Shown one piece after another: positions 61,107-64,000 of a DNA stretch of 64,000 bases. The translations under genes and the position numbers were made by a program. The notes under the pieces are model-generated. The model saw nothing but the letters and a program-made list of their open reading frames with translations, was not told the origin of the DNA and did no database searches. Each line of letters begins with the position of its first letter. Position 1 is the stretch's first letter. The stretch comes from an uncultured Pseudomonadota bacterium (lineage in GTDB: Bacteria > Pseudomonadota > Alphaproteobacteria > Rs-D84): positions 21,572 through 85,571 of the forward strand of contig CADBVV010000004.1 of assembly GCA_902798205.1 (NCBI GenBank), in the 5' to 3' direction.

Positions 61107-61763
61107 TTATGAATATAATTTTTTAAATCCATTTTCAATTTTACGAACATATTCTGGATCTTGATCACGCCAATATTTTGGATCGCGCATCATATTACGC
61201 AACATATCATCAGATAAATTTTCTGTTGCATTTTTATCGGTTAAAACAGTTGGTTCAAAAGATTGCATCATCTTGTACACGCCTTGTATTCCCTGGGGTG
61301 TAGAGCACAACTCTTCGAATGCAGATGCGGGCAAATATTTTTCACCGAATGATTTTATTTCACGCATTGCATCATTCATTTTTTCATCACCACCAAAAAA
61401 ATTTTTTAATTCATTAATTGCATTTGTTTGATTTTGTAATTCAAATAAATTTTTTAATGTTGGTTGTAAAAATTCTTCAGCGATTGAATAAATTTGTTCA
61501 ACTTGTTTTGATGTTAAACCAATTTCATGAAATTTATTGCGAACCGATTCGTCATCAAACAAATCATTTGTTGGATATTCAGATGCATTTTCTGGAACAC
61601 CAATTGCATGATTAAATTTTTGTTTTGCATTTTCATCACTGTCATCATTTGGCACAGATATCATATTGCTCATTTTCTTTTCTAATTCACAATATGATTT
61701 TATTAATGCAGATGTATTTAATTCGCCTTTGTCATCAAGAAATTTTTCCGGAACGTTTTCCAT
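61107..61763 (-). CDS. acidic protein, possible capsid scaffolding protein (positional analogy to T7 gp9)
   Basis: Asp/Glu-rich helical protein upstream of the capsid gene. AAAGGA Shine-Dalgarno. No sequence motif. Confidence 0.3.
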   Translation of the reverse strand: MENVPEKFLDDKGELNTSALIKSYCELEKKMSNMISVPNDDSDENAKQKFNHAIGVPENASEYPTNDLFDDESVRNKFHEIGLTSKQVEQIYSIAEEFLQPTLKNLFELQNQTNAINELKNFFGGDEKMNDAMREIKSFGEKYLPASAFEELCSTPQGIQGVYKMMQSFEPTVLTDKNATENLSDDMLRNMMRDPKYWRDQDPEYVRKIENGFKKLYS

Positions 61764-61953
61764 TTGTTTTTCCTTTGGTTGAAGATTCTTGTTTAAGAAA
61801 ATAAATTCCCGATAAAGTAAATATTGTTTGCATCATTGTAAAAATATCTTCATCGCCTATTAAATAAGCCCCAACGGCAGATATAATACCGACACTTGAC
61901 ACAACATAAGTTTTTTTATCTTGTAAATATCCGCCTTTGATTATTTTATTCAT
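61735..61953 (-). CDS. holin-like protein (two TMDs plus basic C-terminal tail)
   Basis: ATG at 61953 with an AAAGGA Shine-Dalgarno. TM segments TYVVSSVGIISAVGAYLIG and IFTMMQTIFTLSGIYFL. Tail KGKTNGKRSGKIS. Immediately downstream of the lysin. Confidence 0.35.
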   Translation of the reverse strand: MNKIIKGGYLQDKKTYVVSSVGIISAVGAYLIGDEDIFTMMQTIFTLSGIYFLKQESSTKGKTNGKRSGKIS

Positions 61954-61967
61954 CGCATATCCTTTAT

Positions 61968-62378
61968 TTATAAATAAAACAAAATATCTTCGCATTCTGA
62001 TATATATCCACGTGCCATTGCCCATTGTGGAATAACATTTGCATGATGAAATTTTGTTGCACCGAATACAGTATCTTGTAAATTACCACGCATCATTGTT
62101 TGAACGACACGCAAACACATTTGGAATTTTCTGTCATTTGCAGCAACATTTAAATTTTTATTACGTGATGATTTTGAATTTAAACATTCAAATAAATCAT
62201 CATCTTTTGCAATAGATTCAAAAGATTTATCATATTTAATATGAATATTGTTAATCATCGAAGCCATTGCTTCCACTATTTGCAAAGACAAAGCATCTGT
62301 TTCTGCAAATATTATACGTGCCAATTTATATGATACGATTTGTGTATCATCGTTATTTGTTATTAAATTTAACTGCAT
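61968..62378 (-). CDS. SleB/CwlJ-family cell-wall hydrolase (endolysin)
   Basis: ARIIFAE...QIVEAMASMINNI...FECLN...DTVFGATKFHHANVIPQWA matches Hydrolase_2 conserved blocks. First ATG at 62378; the ORF-track start at 62432 is a TTG. Confidence 0.5.
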   Translation of the reverse strand: MQLNLITNNDDTQIVSYKLARIIFAETDALSLQIVEAMASMINNIHIKYDKSFESIAKDDDLFECLNSKSSRNKNLNVAANDRKFQMCLRVVQTMMRGNLQDTVFGATKFHHANVIPQWAMARGYISECEDILFYL

Positions 62379-62785
62379 GTTCAAGACCTGTTTTTTTGTT
62401 AAAAAAAAGCCCGCACAAAAAAGTGCAGGCAAAAATAAAGAATAAAAAAAGCCGCAATATTGCGGGCAAAATTTCTATTCTTGATGTGTTATATAATATC
62501 ACAAATTGACATAAAAGTCAAGGGCATATTACGACACTTTTAAATTTATTACTTTATTTTTCTATATAAATGTGCCAAAATCACATTGTCAGCAAGAGTT
62601 TTGCTGATGGGACTAGAAACCCATATAGCTTCGTCTGGAATGACGTTAAAATCTCCAACCTAATGTGGTTGGAGGGTCGCGAATATATAGAATAAGCGCG
62701 CAATTTAAGCTAAATTGTTTCTAGCCTCCAACCGCCCGATTTTTCTCTGGCGGTTCTTTTTGGTTTACGTCGGGGGAAAGATCAA

Positions 62786-63532
62786 ATGAAACGTTTTTTA
62801 ATATTATTATCAATATTGTTTTGCACAACAGTATTTGCACATACCATTGAATGGTATGTTGATGGCACACTGCTTTCAACGACAACATGCGAATCTGGGG
62901 ATGACATAACACCACCAACCGCCCCAACCAAATTCGGATACACCTTTAAAGGATGGGGAAATTATGCACCGATTGAATATCTTGAAAGCACAGGAACACA
63001 ATGGGTTGATACTGGTATTGCAATAACAAATGCAACATTATATACAGAAATCATGCCAATGCGAACATTCATAAAAAATTCGATTATTGGATATAATTAT
63101 AATAATGGTGCACACAGATTATCATTGAGCGGAAATTCATCCGGGAATATAACACTTGGATATGGTGATAGCAACAGCAGTTATCAATATATTAATTTTC
63201 TAAAACTAGATGAAAAAACCGCTATAAAAATACAGTATCTGAAAGATATTGTGTATCTGTCTGCGAACGATGTAATTCTATTTACGGCATATGGCACCAG
63301 AAGCGATCCTATCAATATTTTTGTAAATGGTGTCAATGCATTATCAAATACAAGTGGTCTTAACGGACGTTTTTTTTCTGCAAAGATATGGAACAATGAT
63401 ACAGGTGTCCTTGTTCGTGATTTCATTCCTGTCCTTGATAACAACGGCACACCATGTATGTATGACAAAGTGGAAGGTAAATTCTATTACAACGCCGGAA
63501 CAGGTCAATTTATCGCAGGTCCTGTATTATAA
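62786..63532 (+). CDS. secreted protein with N-terminal Listeria-Bacteroides repeat
   Basis: Signal peptide MKRFLILLSILFCTTVFA followed by IEWYVDGTLL...PPTAPTKFGYTFKGWG (flg_new-type repeat). Confidence 0.5.
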   Translation: MKRFLILLSILFCTTVFAHTIEWYVDGTLLSTTTCESGDDITPPTAPTKFGYTFKGWGNYAPIEYLESTGTQWVDTGIAITNATLYTEIMPMRTFIKNSIIGYNYNNGAHRLSLSGNSSGNITLGYGDSNSSYQYINFLKLDEKTAIKIQYLKDIVYLSANDVILFTAYGTRSDPINIFVNGVNALSNTSGLNGRFFSAKIWNNDTGVLVRDFIPVLDNNGTPCMYDKVEGKFYYNAGTGQFIAGPVL

Positions 63533-64000
63533 TGAAACACAAATGGTTATTATTTTTAATAATGCCAATATCTGCATTTGCAGACATGGTTTGTAATACA
63601 AATATTGTCAGATACAATGCATTTTATGAAAGAAATAAATATACATGTGCGCATGGGCAATATCTGCCCGCAAATACATTGGGGTGTGTTTCTTGTCCAA
63701 CGGGTTTTACATGTAATGGCGGAACATTTGAATTTAATCCAGATTATTTTCAGGGAATTGATTTTAATGTTCAAAACATATCAAACACACAAATAAACAA
63801 TATATGTTCGGCAAATTTCCCGGTAAAAATAGTTGGGCTATACGAACCAAACATTCACACATGCACACCGGGGTATTATTTGCCGGCAAATGTTGATGAA
63901 TGTGTGCCATGCACACAAAACAATAAATGTGTTGGTGGAACATACACTTTTAATGAAACTGTTACCCAGGGTATAACACAATGTGAATCTGGAACCTTTG
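63532..64000 (+). CDS. secreted cysteine-rich repeat protein (paralogue family), 3' end beyond window
   Basis: ATG overlapping the previous stop (TAATG). Signal peptide MKHKWLLFLIMPISAFA. Repeated C..CPxG..CxGG units (CVSCPTGFTCNGG, CVPCTQNNKCVGG). Confidence 0.5.
   Translation, partial: MKHKWLLFLIMPISAFADMVCNTNIVRYNAFYERNKYTCAHGQYLPANTLGCVSCPTGFTCNGGTFEFNPDYFQGIDFNVQNISNTQINNICSANFPVKIVGLYEPNIHTCTPGYYLPANVDECVPCTQNNKCVGGTYTFNETVTQGITQCESGTF

Larger units (their letters stand above)
49674..62432 (-). mobile_element. reduced T7-like (Autographiviridae-like) podophage-derived module: portal, split TerL, fibre N-domain, gp12, gp11, capsid, scaffold, holin, lysin
   Basis: Multiple genes with T7 gp8/10/11/12/17N/19 similarity in a circularly permuted T7 order. 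No RNAP, DNAP or gp14-16 core proteins. Confidence 0.55.

Overview
This 64-kb window is AT-rich (about one third GC) and looks like the chromosome of a streamlined, probably host-associated proteobacterium. It is densely coded and many genes end in intrinsic terminators with the stem CCGCCC...GGGCGG. The supplied ORF track accepts TTG and GTG starts, so several listed N-termini were re-set to internal ATG or GTG codons with Shine-Dalgarno-like sequences.

Housekeeping content:
- N-terminus of a CaCA Na+/Ca2+ antiporter, running off the left edge
- folA with a HAD-type nucleotidase, and a Nudix hydrolase
- ackA, recG, an M48/TPR peptidase, RNase E/G, an MsbA-like ABC exporter, a class A PBP, ligA, a SIMPL protein
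- the conserved frr-uppS-cdsA-rseP-bamA block preceded by tRNA-His and tRNA-Ala
- dnaB

Three accessory regions stand out.

1. A roughly 12.5-kb island (about 28.38-40.85 kb) sits at the 3' end of tRNA-His(GUG). It is bounded on the left by a 14-bp copy of the tRNA 3' end inside a GC-rich tRNA-His-derived fragment. It carries:
- hipB-hipA plus a third overlapping ORF with an Rx4HN (HEPN-like) motif
- a tyrosine recombinase consisting of the catalytic domain only
- a standalone 490-aa Abi/retron-type reverse transcriptase
- a 720-aa ankyrin-repeat protein
- an AlpA-like excisionase
- an HUH rolling-circle Rep
- two tandem large serine recombinases

2. A reduced T7-like podovirus module (about 49.7-62.4 kb, minus strand) encodes homologues of T7 gp8 (portal), gp10 (capsid), gp11, gp12, the gp17 N-domain, a SleB-type lysin, a holin and gp19 (large terminase). 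gp19 is cleanly split into an ATPase ORF and a nuclease ORF by a 3.3-kb opposite-strand cassette (dnaB, CI-like repressor, one unknown gene). RNA polymerase, DNA polymerase and the gp14-16 core proteins are absent. A Lys/Ala-rich histone-H1-like gene with tandem repeats sits inside the module as its own transcription unit.

3. A tRNA-Lys(UUU) 3'-half relic with its native terminator lies next to orphan genes at 4.5-8.1 kb.

Other observations: a paralogous family of secreted cysteine-rich proteins, two with Listeria-Bacteroides repeats; a (TG)13 microsatellite; and a highly structured leader ending in a terminator upstream of one of those genes. No CRISPR array or rRNA gene was seen.
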